From Spirochaetia bacterium (GTDB lineage Bacteria; Spirochaetota; Spirochaetia; DSM-16054; Sediminispirochaetaceae): a DNA stretch of 64,000 bases. This document shows, in pieces, positions 41,646-51,642 of the stretch. The stretch lies in contig JAXHMY010000003.1 of NCBI GenBank assembly GCA_034520965.1, positions 448,001-512,000 on the forward strand, read 5' to 3'. The notes below the pieces were generated by a model. That model ran no database searches, had not been told where the DNA came from, and saw only the letters and a list, made by a program, of their open reading frames with translations. The position numbers and the translations under genes are program-made. Position 1 is the stretch's first letter, and each line of letters starts with the position of its first letter.

Positions 41646-42733
41646 ACAAAACTCCTGCCCGTCCGGCTGCGAATTAAAACCCATACTACCACCGGCACTC
41701 CCAAAAGGGCGGTAACCGAATTAAGGGGTAGGATTCCACCTTGTCCCGGCAGGTGGCTCACAATATCTGCTGTAAGTGCAGTAGCTCCGCCTAACAGCAG
41801 AGATGCCGGGACTAGGGTTCGATGGTCGGCAGTCCGGAAAATACCACGTGCCAAATGCGGCACCGCCACTCCCACAAACGTGACCGGCCCGCAGAATGCA
41901 GTCACTACCCCCGCCAAGAGAGCACCGACCATTATCACGGTCATCCTCACTCGAATAAGTGCCACTCCCATGCTGCGAGCGTATTCTTCACCCAATAACA
42001 GAGCATTTAAAGGTTTAATAAGTAGGATTCCAAGAAGTATTGCGGCTCCAATAACCGGCATCATAATATAGATATCCTTCCAGGTAGTGGCACCGAAACT
42101 TCCAAAGGTCCACTGCAGATAAGCCTGCACCCGGCCGGCCGCCGAAAAATGGATCAGCAGAGTAACCAGCGAGTTGGCCAGATAACCGAACATCAAACCC
42201 ACCAGCAACAAAAGTGTCACCGAACCGATGAATCGGGAGACAAGCAGCACGACACCCAGCACGGCTCCCGCACCAACGACAGCCGCTCCAGTTACCAGTG
42301 CCTTCATTCCAAAGGGCAAGGCAGCCACAAATCCTCCGGCAGCCCCTCCTAAAACCAATACAACGAGGGCCACTCCGAGGTTGGCCCCCGCATTGATCCC
42401 CAGTACAGAAGGTCCGGCCAGGGGATTGCGGAACAGGGTTTGCATGAATAATCCGCTCAAGGCCAAACCCATCCCCGCCAGCAAGGCTGTTACAGCCCGG
42501 GGCAGGCGGAACAGCAAAATAATATCCCGCTGTCCTGTCTGCTCAAGGCCTAACCCGCTCGTCTCCGACAACCAATCTGCGGGGCTGAATAGAATCCCCA
42601 GCACCCTCTCTAAGGGAATATCTACCGACCCCTTGAATACATCCAGGGCGAATAAAAAGAAGGCTGCCCCCAGAATTAAGAGGAAGCGAAGAATGATACC
42701 GGTTTTGGAGTGCTTCTGGAGACCTTGCTTCAT
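41642..42733 (-). CDS. Cobalamin/iron ABC transporter permease (BtuC/FecCD family)
   Basis: RLPR, QTLFRNPLAGP, LNALLLGEEYARSMG, FVGVAVPH. Confidence 0.92.
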   Translation of the reverse strand: MKQGLQKHSKTGIILRFLLILGAAFFLFALDVFKGSVDIPLERVLGILFSPADWLSETSGLGLEQTGQRDIILLFRLPRAVTALLAGMGLALSGLFMQTLFRNPLAGPSVLGINAGANLGVALVVLVLGGAAGGFVAALPFGMKALVTGAAVVGAGAVLGVVLLVSRFIGSVTLLLLVGLMFGYLANSLVTLLIHFSAAGRVQAYLQWTFGSFGATTWKDIYIMMPVIGAAILLGILLIKPLNALLLGEEYARSMGVALIRVRMTVIMVGALLAGVVTAFCGPVTFVGVAVPHLARGIFRTADHRTLVPASLLLGGATALTADIVSHLPGQGGILPLNSVTALLGVPVVVWVLIRSRTGRSFV

Positions 42734-42739
42734 AACTGG

Positions 42740-43921
42740 TTACTCTAAAAATCGGTAGTAATGCAGAGAGTGCCCGGGCAGCAGGGATGGATGAAACAGG
42801 GAGATGAGATCAGCTAAAATGAGATCAGGCTGGTACGGCCCGCTTTCATAAAAGTCGTTGCTGCCGGCTTCAGTGGTCCGTGCATCATTGTTAATTACTT
42901 GTTTAGATTGAAATGCTTTTAACCTTCGCAGCCGCGAATCTGCTTGTGACAACTCTTGAAGACTCGTAATTCCGTATTGATGCAGCCACAGGTCAGCTAG
43001 ACGGGCTTTCATAAACCCCGCCTCAGCATCAAGCACTAAACTGCTGGAGTGAGAGTCACTCGACCACAGATAGTCTCCGCCGGCATCTTCTATAAACTGC
43101 GCCATATACCCCTCTCCCCCCGGTACAACCCATCGTCCGTTCATCGGTCTGTTCATAACAACCTTCGGCCGCTTGGTGTTTTCAGAAAGCTCAGCCTGTA
43201 CCATCTGCTGCAGTCCAGTGTATCTATCAGCCATCGAGTCGAAATGCTCCTCGGCCTCTTCGCCCTTCCCACACAGGAGCCCGATAAACTTAATCCATTC
43301 TGCGCGACCTAAAGGAGTAGTTTCCAGGTAGTCACCGTTAAGGACCACCGGGATAGATGCATCTTTTAATTTGGGAACTACATTCCACTCCCCCTGGGTA
43401 ATATTGGCCATTACCACCGCGGGCTGAAGCTGCACAATCCGCTCCATATCTAGGGACGGCCCATTTCCAACCTGAGGAATACTGCGTTTATTGATAATAT
43501 CACGGAGTTTCTGACTGTAGATGTAATCCACCTTATCAACTCCGCTGAGCACATCATCAAGGTCCAACCACAGCAGCGGGGGCAGAAAAGTTGTAGAGAG
43601 GGGGATTAGTTGTGTTATGGGGGTTCTTATAATTTGGAGTTCCGACTCGTTCGCCTCAATTGAAAAACGTTCCCGGAGCTGGTCGGCGGTGAGGCCTTGA
43701 AACTTGTCTCGCCCTACAAGTGCATAGCTAATGGAATTATAACCTTCGGATTCCGGTGGGTGTACATTCAGCAGGATTAATCCAGGGCGCTCTTCAACTG
43801 AAAAACCCTCTGCATATTCTACCGAAAGTGCAGTCAGAGGCAGCAGATTCCCCACACTCAAAAGGAGAAAGCTGCTGCCTATTAGCACCTTTTTTAGTAA
43901 TTCACGAACTTTGAATAGCAT
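42740..43921 (-). CDS. Cobalamin ABC transporter substrate-binding protein (BtuF-like)
   Basis: Signal peptide, E.TPLGRAEWIKF, DAGG.Y, DFYESG...PDLILADL...FHP; downstream of a cobalamin riboswitch. Confidence 0.88.
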   Translation of the reverse strand: MLFKVRELLKKVLIGSSFLLLSVGNLLPLTALSVEYAEGFSVEERPGLILLNVHPPESEGYNSISYALVGRDKFQGLTADQLRERFSIEANESELQIIRTPITQLIPLSTTFLPPLLWLDLDDVLSGVDKVDYIYSQKLRDIINKRSIPQVGNGPSLDMERIVQLQPAVVMANITQGEWNVVPKLKDASIPVVLNGDYLETTPLGRAEWIKFIGLLCGKGEEAEEHFDSMADRYTGLQQMVQAELSENTKRPKVVMNRPMNGRWVVPGGEGYMAQFIEDAGGDYLWSSDSHSSSLVLDAEAGFMKARLADLWLHQYGITSLQELSQADSRLRRLKAFQSKQVINNDARTTEAGSNDFYESGPYQPDLILADLISLFHPSLLPGHSLHYYRFLE

Positions 43922-44044
43922 ACATTTTACTCCTCCTCGGGAAGAAAAGAAGTAATTGACAGAAAAGAAAGACTCTATATATCTGTAATCCGGTATAGGC
44001 ATTCTTTGCAAACCAACTTATCTCCCGAAGCTTGATTGCACAGA

Positions 44045-44181
44045 CAATGTACCAGAGTTTCCTGACTTAGGGCTTACTGTTTCGCCTTCCCGGATAAACC
44101 AGTGGCAGTATGAAACAGAATTTACCCAACACAGTGACGGGTTCGTGGGGGATTCACACCCCCTTCCACTGAAATACATTG
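44045..44181 (-). ncRNA. Cobalamin riboswitch
   Basis: GGAAGGGGGTG-tg-AATCCCCC, CCCG-tc-ACTGT, GCCACTG...GGGAAGGC, AAGTCAGGAAAC (B12 box); P1 AATGTA/TACATT. Confidence 0.9.
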
Positions 44182-44313
44182 CTAGCTATTTCAACAATAA
44201 CAAAAACTCTTTACATTGTACACATTCTATAGAGATTTTCAGTAAGAAAAGCTGTAAGAGAAGCTGAAATAAAGGCTGGCGAATTTTGAAAAAAGAGATT
44301 AAAGTGTATATAT

Positions 44314-44793
44314 ATGAAACAGTTAACCCTTTTAAGGCATGCAAGGGCAGAGCCAAATGCAAATGGTGTAGAAGATTTTCAGAGGCAGCTTATTGACACA
44401 GAAGCTACACGAATATTTGAAATAGCAAAACGTGCTATTGAGGCATGGGGAACGCCGGATATTGTTCTAAGCTCACCTGCGGTGAGAGCCGCATCAACTG
44501 CGAAGCTGTTTGCAAAAGAATTTGCTGAAACGAATAATATCAAGCTGTACGACCAACTATACGCAGCCGAAACCGACGACATCTTTGAAGTAGTGCGGGA
44601 AATTTCGGCGAAGGTCAATTATGCCTTGCTGGTGGGCCATAACCCTTCGCTCGAAGAGTTTGCCTTCTTACTGTTGAAAGAGCAGATACACCTCAAACCC
44701 GGTGAATGTATAAACTTTTCTATTGCTATTGACCGCTGGGAAGATTTTTCCATCACCAAAACGCCGCGCTATCAACAACTGATCATGCCCTGA
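44314..44793 (+). CDS. sixA: Histidine phosphatase, SixA-like
   Basis: LLRHARA, SSPAVRA..TA, LVGHNP. Confidence 0.8.
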   Translation: MKQLTLLRHARAEPNANGVEDFQRQLIDTEATRIFEIAKRAIEAWGTPDIVLSSPAVRAASTAKLFAKEFAETNNIKLYDQLYAAETDDIFEVVREISAKVNYALLVGHNPSLEEFAFLLLKEQIHLKPGECINFSIAIDRWEDFSITKTPRYQQLIMP

Positions 44794-44804
44794 GCAGCAC
44801 TCGT

Positions 44805-45293
44805 TTATATATATCTGTTTTCGATTTCCGGAGTAATCTCTATATTTTCTGCGTTCATCATAGTGGCAATTCGCTGGATAGAAGAAAGTATAAGGTTCTG
44901 CTCCCAACCGCTCAACTCTTGAAACTTGCGGACAAACTCTTCCTGCAGCACCGACGGGTCGGTTTTGAGAATTTCCCTAGTTTTATCGGTTACCCGCACA
45001 ATGACACGCCGCTTGTCTTGAGTGCTTCGCTCACGGGTTACAAGGCTCCGTGTCTCTAGACGGTCGATAATGTTGGTGACGGTAGCCTGACTTAAACTCA
45101 CCTTCTTTGCCACCCGACCAATATTTATATCCTCGTCATTATTGATTTCTTTTAAAACCATGAGCTGCGGTGCGGTAAGTCCGTAGCGCTTGACGAGTTG
45201 CTTTGAGTGCATATCAATTGCACGTATAATTTGACGAAGTGTTACCAGCACATCATAGCTTATATCTCGTTTAGTATTCACTTTTTCCCCCAC
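44805..45293 (-). CDS. MarR-family regulator, CosR/EctR-like (compatible-solute repressor)
   Basis: LRQIIRAIDMHSKQL...GLTAPQL, SQATVT.IIDRLE, DKRRV, WEQ.LILSS.QRIA.MM. Confidence 0.85.
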   Translation of the reverse strand: MGEKVNTKRDISYDVLVTLRQIIRAIDMHSKQLVKRYGLTAPQLMVLKEINNDEDINIGRVAKKVSLSQATVTNIIDRLETRSLVTRERSTQDKRRVIVRVTDKTREILKTDPSVLQEEFVRKFQELSGWEQNLILSSIQRIATMMNAENIEITPEIENRYI

Positions 45294-45717
45294 TCACGCA
45301 TCCCAGAGGCCTGTATCTATTTGTGCAGCCTCACTATACTTGTTGTATCTAATAATATTCTTTTACTTAGACATCTATTATTTATAGTACTTAATATTTT
45401 TTTATTAGTAAAGGCAAAAATATGCATATAACAACGATTTTATCAAAAATTTTATTTTAATATCACCATATAAACACACATTTCACTCTCATTCATAGAG
45501 TAATATATTATATAAGCCAAAAAGAATAGATAGTCAAGTTAACTTCTATTACGCATTATATTATAATTCTAATCATTACATCATTCTCTCTGTGTAGGAT
45601 TCACTAAAGCTCGGATTTTGTTTAGAATTGGATGGGTGAACTTTAAGATTATGTCGTCCGGTACCTTAGTAGTTTCTCTGATCGTAATTGAAATTAACTT
45701 CTTCGAAGGAAAAAGAT

Positions 45718-46815
45718 TTGATTGAGCTAAAAAACCTAAGCAAAAACTTTGATGAAAAGGTTGCCGTAAGAAACCTCAGCCTTAAAATGGAAGCTGGAAA
45801 AATTACTATGCTTATCGGACCTTCCGGCTGCGGAAAGACCACTACCCTAAAAATGATAAATCGTCTAATTGATTCTACTGAAGGTGATATCCTTATAGAC
45901 GACAAATCTATCTATGATCTTGATGCAGTTACTCTTCGTCGGAGTATTGGCTATGTAATACAAGAGACTGGATTGTTTCCCCATATGAATGTTTTTGACA
46001 ATATCGCCGTAGTTCCCAGGTTGCTGAAATGGAATGAACGTAAAATACAGGATCGAGTTGAAGAACTGCTGGATCTGGTTACCTTGGATACAAGTTACAT
46101 CCACAAGTACCCATTACAGCTCTCCGGCGGGGAAAGCCAACGGGTAGGTCTGGCACGTGCATTAGCAGCGGATCCGAAGATTCTGCTGATGGATGAGCCC
46201 TTTGGGGCAATCGATCCGATAAACCGGGCGAAACTGCATGAGTCATTTATCTCTATACAGGAGAAGCTCGGGAAAACTATTGTATTTGTTACTCACGATA
46301 TTAACGAGGCAATAAAGCTGGGTGACAAGCTTGCAATTTTGCATAACGGTGAATTGATACAGCATGATGATGTAACTAACATTCTATACGACCCTGAAAA
46401 TGAGTTTGTAAAGCAGCTGCTGGGCCATGACCGCAACATAAAAGCCCTGGTGCTGAAAAAAAACCGTGATTACATTGTGAATGAAGGGTTTCTAAAGGTA
46501 ACAAAATCCGACAAACGAGAAAAGATACAAGCTATAATTGAAAACGCCGAATCAAACCGGGCTATGGCAGTTGATAGGGAAGGATGTTTTAAGGGTATAT
46601 TTGTGCTTGAACTGAGTAAACGCACAGGTCATCCGCGACTCACCTTAATAGATGATGCCATTACCGTTGAGAAAAACAACAATCTACAGGAAACCCTGAG
46701 CCTTATGATTGAGGCTGGGGAAGCTCAACTGCCGGTGGTGGGCCCGCATAAGGAATTTCTAGGCGTGATAAACCTGGATGATATATTTAACGAGTTCCGC
46801 CAACAGGATCAATAG
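45718..46815 (+). CDS. Osmoprotectant ABC transporter ATPase (OpuCA/ProV-like) with CBS-like C-terminus
   Basis: GPSGCGKTTTLKMINRL, LRRSIGYVIQE.GLFPHM, LSGG, MDEPFGAIDPI; TTG start after AAGGA. Confidence 0.9.
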   Translation: MIELKNLSKNFDEKVAVRNLSLKMEAGKITMLIGPSGCGKTTTLKMINRLIDSTEGDILIDDKSIYDLDAVTLRRSIGYVIQETGLFPHMNVFDNIAVVPRLLKWNERKIQDRVEELLDLVTLDTSYIHKYPLQLSGGESQRVGLARALAADPKILLMDEPFGAIDPINRAKLHESFISIQEKLGKTIVFVTHDINEAIKLGDKLAILHNGELIQHDDVTNILYDPENEFVKQLLGHDRNIKALVLKKNRDYIVNEGFLKVTKSDKREKIQAIIENAESNRAMAVDREGCFKGIFVLELSKRTGHPRLTLIDDAITVEKNNNLQETLSLMIEAGEAQLPVVGPHKEFLGVINLDDIFNEFRQQDQ

Positions 46816-46826
46816 GAGCCAGAACC

Positions 46827-47813
46827 TCACATCTCTATACCGCGGGTACGAAATCCATAGCCGATTACATCATGCACATCGTGCATTACCATAAACACTC
46901 CCGGATCTTCTTCCAGTACCAGGCGCTTTAACCGAGAGGTCTGACGGATATGAAAGGTAACGTACAAAATTGTCTTTGGTAGATGAGAGTAGGTACCCAT
47001 ACCCTGAAAATAGGTAGCCCCGCGGTCAAGTTCTGAATAGATCCGGTCTTTTATTCTTTCGGCAGCCTCATTGCTGGCTGGTATTATGTAGGCGGCCTTC
47101 ACCCGGCTCAGACCTTCGGTTACGATATCAACAAAGCGCGACGAGAGAAACAGAGCAAAATAGCTCCAGATTACAATATTTACATCCCGGAACATATAAC
47201 CGGTAAACAGAATTATTGCGGTTTCAACGATCAGATATCCATTACCCATCGAGATATTCATATGCTTCTTTAAAATCGCCACCGGCACATCGGTACCCCC
47301 GGTTGAGGCCCGGGCTTTGAAGATAAGTCCGATTCCCACTCCCACCAGCAGGGCTCCTGCAATAGCCGCCACAAAAATACTGTCGGTAAGGGCCCATTGA
47401 TTGAGCGGTTTGATGGAACCGTCGGGTAGAATATTGTACTTTTCAAACATCTCCCTCAAAAAGCCCCATTTGTACATACGCCGCGGCGAGAGCACATCAA
47501 CTGCCAGGGCGCTTGCAAAAAAACCTGCAAAAGTACCCATCCCAAACTGGCGCCCCACAAATATCATCCCCACAAACCACAGGGGAATATTCATTACAAT
47601 CATGCTGATACCAACGGGAAAGCCAAAGAAGTGAAACAGGATCTGGCTTAAGCCTCCTACCCCGCCGGGTGCAATTTTATACGGAACCAAAAACCAAGAA
47701 AGCCCCGCCCCGAAGGCCAAACTGCCCACAATAATTATAACGGCCTGCTTCAACAATTCCAGGGGTTCAATTTTTCCGATTTTCAGATGCCGCAACCGGG
47801 CCAAAAACTGCAT
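46827..47813 (-). CDS. YitT-family membrane protein
   Basis: PGGVGG, NIPL, STGGTD, RGAT...G.GTYS, DPGVFM...V.DV.GYGF. Confidence 0.9.
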   Translation of the reverse strand: MQFLARLRHLKIGKIEPLELLKQAVIIIVGSLAFGAGLSWFLVPYKIAPGGVGGLSQILFHFFGFPVGISMIVMNIPLWFVGMIFVGRQFGMGTFAGFFASALAVDVLSPRRMYKWGFLREMFEKYNILPDGSIKPLNQWALTDSIFVAAIAGALLVGVGIGLIFKARASTGGTDVPVAILKKHMNISMGNGYLIVETAIILFTGYMFRDVNIVIWSYFALFLSSRFVDIVTEGLSRVKAAYIIPASNEAAERIKDRIYSELDRGATYFQGMGTYSHLPKTILYVTFHIRQTSRLKRLVLEEDPGVFMVMHDVHDVIGYGFRTRGIEM

Positions 47814-47922
47814 GGGGAGGCTCCTTTCAACAAGCATAATAAACGATAATGTGTATGTGCGCTATACCATCAGGTTAGCACAACTGATATGGAAGGAGAA
47901 GTACTTTGTGAGATAGTTAGTT

Positions 47923-48887
47923 TTAATACTGTTCGTAGGTTATGGTTAAGTATTCATCTCCAAAATAAGGTGGATCTAAAGTGCTCTCACTTGCACCGGA
48001 CTCAACTGCAATTAATAAAGTGTCAGAACCATAAGCAATGGCGGTATCGACTGCTTCAGTAATATCGGCAGAACCGCTTCCGGCATCGCCGAATACAAAA
48101 TTACTACTATTATTGTAATCAACAAGTTGTAATGCGCGTATTATCATCTGCATGTTCTAAATATCTGTGATAATTATCGGATATGCAGTACCGCTATGTG
48201 TGCACTCGCCAGTTGAAACAGGCATATACTAGCATAGGCATTTGTGCACTGAACTCTATCAGGAAGTTCAAAACTGAACAATCAGATACCGTTCAGTGCC
48301 GACTGATCCGTCTATCTGATATGAATCTGCCAGGTGCTCCAGGGTAAGTCGTTATAGCAGGCCGTCACTTGACTCCATTGTGAATCCCTCACTTGGATAG
48401 AAAGGGCCGGCACGTGTAGAAACTACAAGATCTCTGCAGGATTTTTAATCTCAATTTTTTCATAAAGAGGAGCCAGCCACCGCATCCCCATCCTTGGATA
48501 CAAGGCAAACCACACTTCATCACCTTCTGAAAGCCCATCAATCTGTTTGGTATAAAGATATTTTCCGTCTTCAAATGAAAACCCAAAGCTTCCACCGGAA
48601 TCGGGTGGCATCGGTGTCGTTCTAATCGGTATCGCCTTCCCTATACTGTAAACAAGCATAGCCTCTTCAATAACATCTTCATCATCATAATTATTAAAAC
48701 GATCCCGCCACGGAAAACTGACTTTTACTGTATTCGAGGAAAGCTGAGCGGCAAACACACCATATATTTGTGTTTTCCAATCGTTTGGATTTTCTCTTCC
48801 ATGCATTGGTGATAGTAAAAAATTACATGCAGTGAAAAAAAGAACAATAACGGTTGCAGCGCTTAGGAATACCCACTTTCTCACCAT
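47923..48887 (-). CDS. Hypothetical lipoprotein, paralogue of the upstream gene; several indels in 48150-48430
   Basis: Lipobox FFTA-C; ORFs 48423..48893 and 47923..48153 are bridged by frame-hopping sequence (RYLIVQFELPDRV); TAATG overlap with the upstream gene. Confidence 0.6.
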
Positions 48888-49815
48888 TACCAATTCCTCG
48901 CTATTTCGATATTTATCGATCAGGAGTATCCGTTCAGCTAGTCGTTTATGTTCCTCTAGTCATCTTAAGTAAGATTCCATTATGATGATGATATTGAGAC
49001 TTTGCCAAAACCTTTGTTATATCGACTAATTGAGTACCAGTACCACCTGCAACCAGTGGGACCTCAATTCTTATACTTCGATCAACAGAAAACTCTGCCA
49101 GTCCAATTCCTTGATCAATTAAATTATCCGTATCCGCATCCTCGATGTAGCTACGTAAAGGGTATATAAATACGGTGTCATCAGCTGGAATACTAGTGAA
49201 TTCTAATACCAATTCTGCAGACATAATAACTTCATCTTCCCAGAAGTCTTGATAATAATAGAGATCCGCTTCATCCCCAGAAATCGTTCCAAGGCCAGTT
49301 CCGGGGGTTGCACGTGTCGAAATTACCGCAGAAATGCTATGTGAGGGAGAACTGCTCCACGCGTCATACTCAAACCCCTCCATATAGGTAGAGTTATACA
49401 TCGGCCCTACCCAGCGGCCGTCCTTTTCATGGGCATACAGGGCAAAGTAGTGTTCGCGGTCATTCTTCAAGTCTGAAAATGTCGCCGGCCACAAGGGGTT
49501 TGTGGCCGGATCCCAGTTTTTAATCTCGAAAGACTTGCCGCCCAGCCTACTGTCGGGATAGTTGCCGCGATTGTGTTTGATAACAATTTCATCATATACC
49601 GGTTCAAACCCGCGGATTACCCGTTCCAAATCATACCAGTCCCACATCACGCGAATTGTGCCGTCGTCGACAATACCGGCCCGTAACGGGCCAAAGGCCT
49701 GATTTGGGTCATCCGGGTGATGATTAAATGCCGGTAGCAGGACAAACGCATCACAGGCCGTGAAAAATGGAATCAATATACACAATGTAAGCGCTAATTT
49801 GAAAAAAGATTTCAT
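48887..49815 (-). CDS. Hypothetical lipoprotein, beta-rich; ORF stops at 48946, probable true end ~48887
   Basis: Lipobox FFTA-C; shares motif order with the downstream paralogue; alternative frame ...NIEIARNW* overlaps the next ATG. Confidence 0.7.
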
Positions 49816-49817
49816 AG

Positions 49818-51518
49818 CTATCTTCTCACCTCGAACGAAACTGTAATGCCTCTTGGATCTGGAACAACTGCTACAGCAAATGGTGTACCCTCCCGGGCTT
49901 CCTCGACAACCTCACTATAAGCGCGGTCAGTAATGGCCTTTGTTGAAAGTACAGCGGCAGTGCTGTACATGGCCAGCGCACTGAGACCAGCAGTTAGAGC
50001 ATAGGTTTTGTACATCGGTGAAGGATCAGCCTCCGGATTTCCGAAGGGCGAATTGGCTGAAATGGAAGATTCAATCGCCTGGGTATACAAATTGAGTGCA
50101 ACTTGAGTTAACACAGTACCTGCACCGGAAAAAATATTGCTGAGGCCTAATTGAAAGCCGGCAGATTCGGAAAGCATAAGTTGTTCTTTTTCCCCGGGCC
50201 AAAAATAGGCAGCGGTAATCCCGATTGCCCCTAAAGTCTGTAATGAAAGTGCAGTGTATCTGGAAATTTCGTATATAAAGTGCATGTCGCGGTATTCATC
50301 GTATTTGTCTGTAATTTCATCCGGGCTGCCGTTTTCATTCATATAATTGTTATACAGCTCCATGCTGTAAAAGCCGATACCGCCTGAAACAAGCGAAGAG
50401 GCTCTCCCGGCTATATAAATATTATTAGAAATTGCCAGTAATCCGCGGGTACCTTTACGTATAAAAAGCACATCATCCCGCAAATTAAGGTAAGAATAAG
50501 CCAATGCTCCCGAGCCAAGACCGCCCAACACATAGCTTCCGATATTAAGGCCGGTATAGACTCCGTGAAAGTGGCGGTACTCATCATACGGGTTCATCCA
50601 CAGCACATCGTTCATGTATAGACTCCAAGATTTAAGGGCACGCATGTTGGTTTGAATAGCAGCATCGACGAGGGTGTTAGAAAGATACTGAAATCCATAT
50701 CCAGATAGCATCGAGTACTTCTGAATCTTCCGTGCCCGTGCTATACGCTGCTCTTCCTTCTCTTTATCGTACAGGTTTTGGATCTCCTCCTGGACAACTT
50801 CTTCACGGGCCTCATCTTTGGCCTGCTCTTTGGCTTTTGCGGCAACCGCCTTTTGAACTTTCTCCGGAAGGCGCCTAATGGCCTCTTCCGGATCTTCCTC
50901 CGCTATTTGCTCGAGGTCGGCCAGGTCCTCCCGCAGCTCCTCGTCTTCATCAGCCTCTTCTTCACGAATTTGCTGTACCCTTTCTTGCACAACTTTTGGA
51001 AATTCCGCTGATATCAGTTCGTCGGTAAATGCCCTCACAATCCGGTCTACATTCTCCAAACCAACAGCGGTCTTTTCGCCGCTGAGAACTCGCCGCTCTT
51101 GCTGGACATCAACGACTATCATTCTAAAGTGATAGTTAGACCCATCTTTGCTGATAGCACCGGCAGCCACATACCGCACCCCCTGCTGCGTGCCAAGCTC
51201 TATCAGTCTGGAGTTACGCTCCTGCGGGTCAAGTTCTTCAGAGAGTTCACCCTCACGACTGGTGATTACCATATCCTGTGCTAAAACTGAGGGCGACAAA
51301 GCTTCCGTTCGTGAAAAGTTTTGTTCAACCAGCTTAGTCATAAGCATCCCCGTGTAACGGGGCGCTCCTTGGGGTACTATCGGAACGACCATGATCGTTT
51401 CTGGTTTATTTTGTGCTTCCTTTGTCTGGGAAAACACCGATAGCGGGGCGCACAGCATGAGAATTGCTGCAATTATCAACTGGTATCGGCTGAGGGCCTC
51501 TCTGTTTCTACACCACAT
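49818..51518 (-). CDS. Exported hypothetical protein: TolB-N/CsgG-like domain, acidic coiled coil, repeated hydrophobic helices
   Basis: Signal peptide; ELG...GVRYVAAGAISK.G..Y....VVDV pattern; internal repeats YMND...YDEYRHFH and YMNE...YDEYRDMH. Confidence 0.7.
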   Translation of the reverse strand: MWCRNREALSRYQLIIAAILMLCAPLSVFSQTKEAQNKPETIMVVPIVPQGAPRYTGMLMTKLVEQNFSRTEALSPSVLAQDMVITSREGELSEELDPQERNSRLIELGTQQGVRYVAAGAISKDGSNYHFRMIVVDVQQERRVLSGEKTAVGLENVDRIVRAFTDELISAEFPKVVQERVQQIREEEADEDEELREDLADLEQIAEEDPEEAIRRLPEKVQKAVAAKAKEQAKDEAREEVVQEEIQNLYDKEKEEQRIARARKIQKYSMLSGYGFQYLSNTLVDAAIQTNMRALKSWSLYMNDVLWMNPYDEYRHFHGVYTGLNIGSYVLGGLGSGALAYSYLNLRDDVLFIRKGTRGLLAISNNIYIAGRASSLVSGGIGFYSMELYNNYMNENGSPDEITDKYDEYRDMHFIYEISRYTALSLQTLGAIGITAAYFWPGEKEQLMLSESAGFQLGLSNIFSGAGTVLTQVALNLYTQAIESSISANSPFGNPEADPSPMYKTYALTAGLSALAMYSTAAVLSTKAITDRAYSEVVEEAREGTPFAVAVVPDPRGITVSFEVRR

Positions 51519-51642
51519 TCCTTAGAAACTCCAAAAAATACAACACAGATTATTGCTTACATTATCGTCTGTTCTACAAAATTTTACAATTGATTTAATC
51601 TGTTTATCCGTATTTGAAGCTTATGGAGCTCTTCTCCGTATC

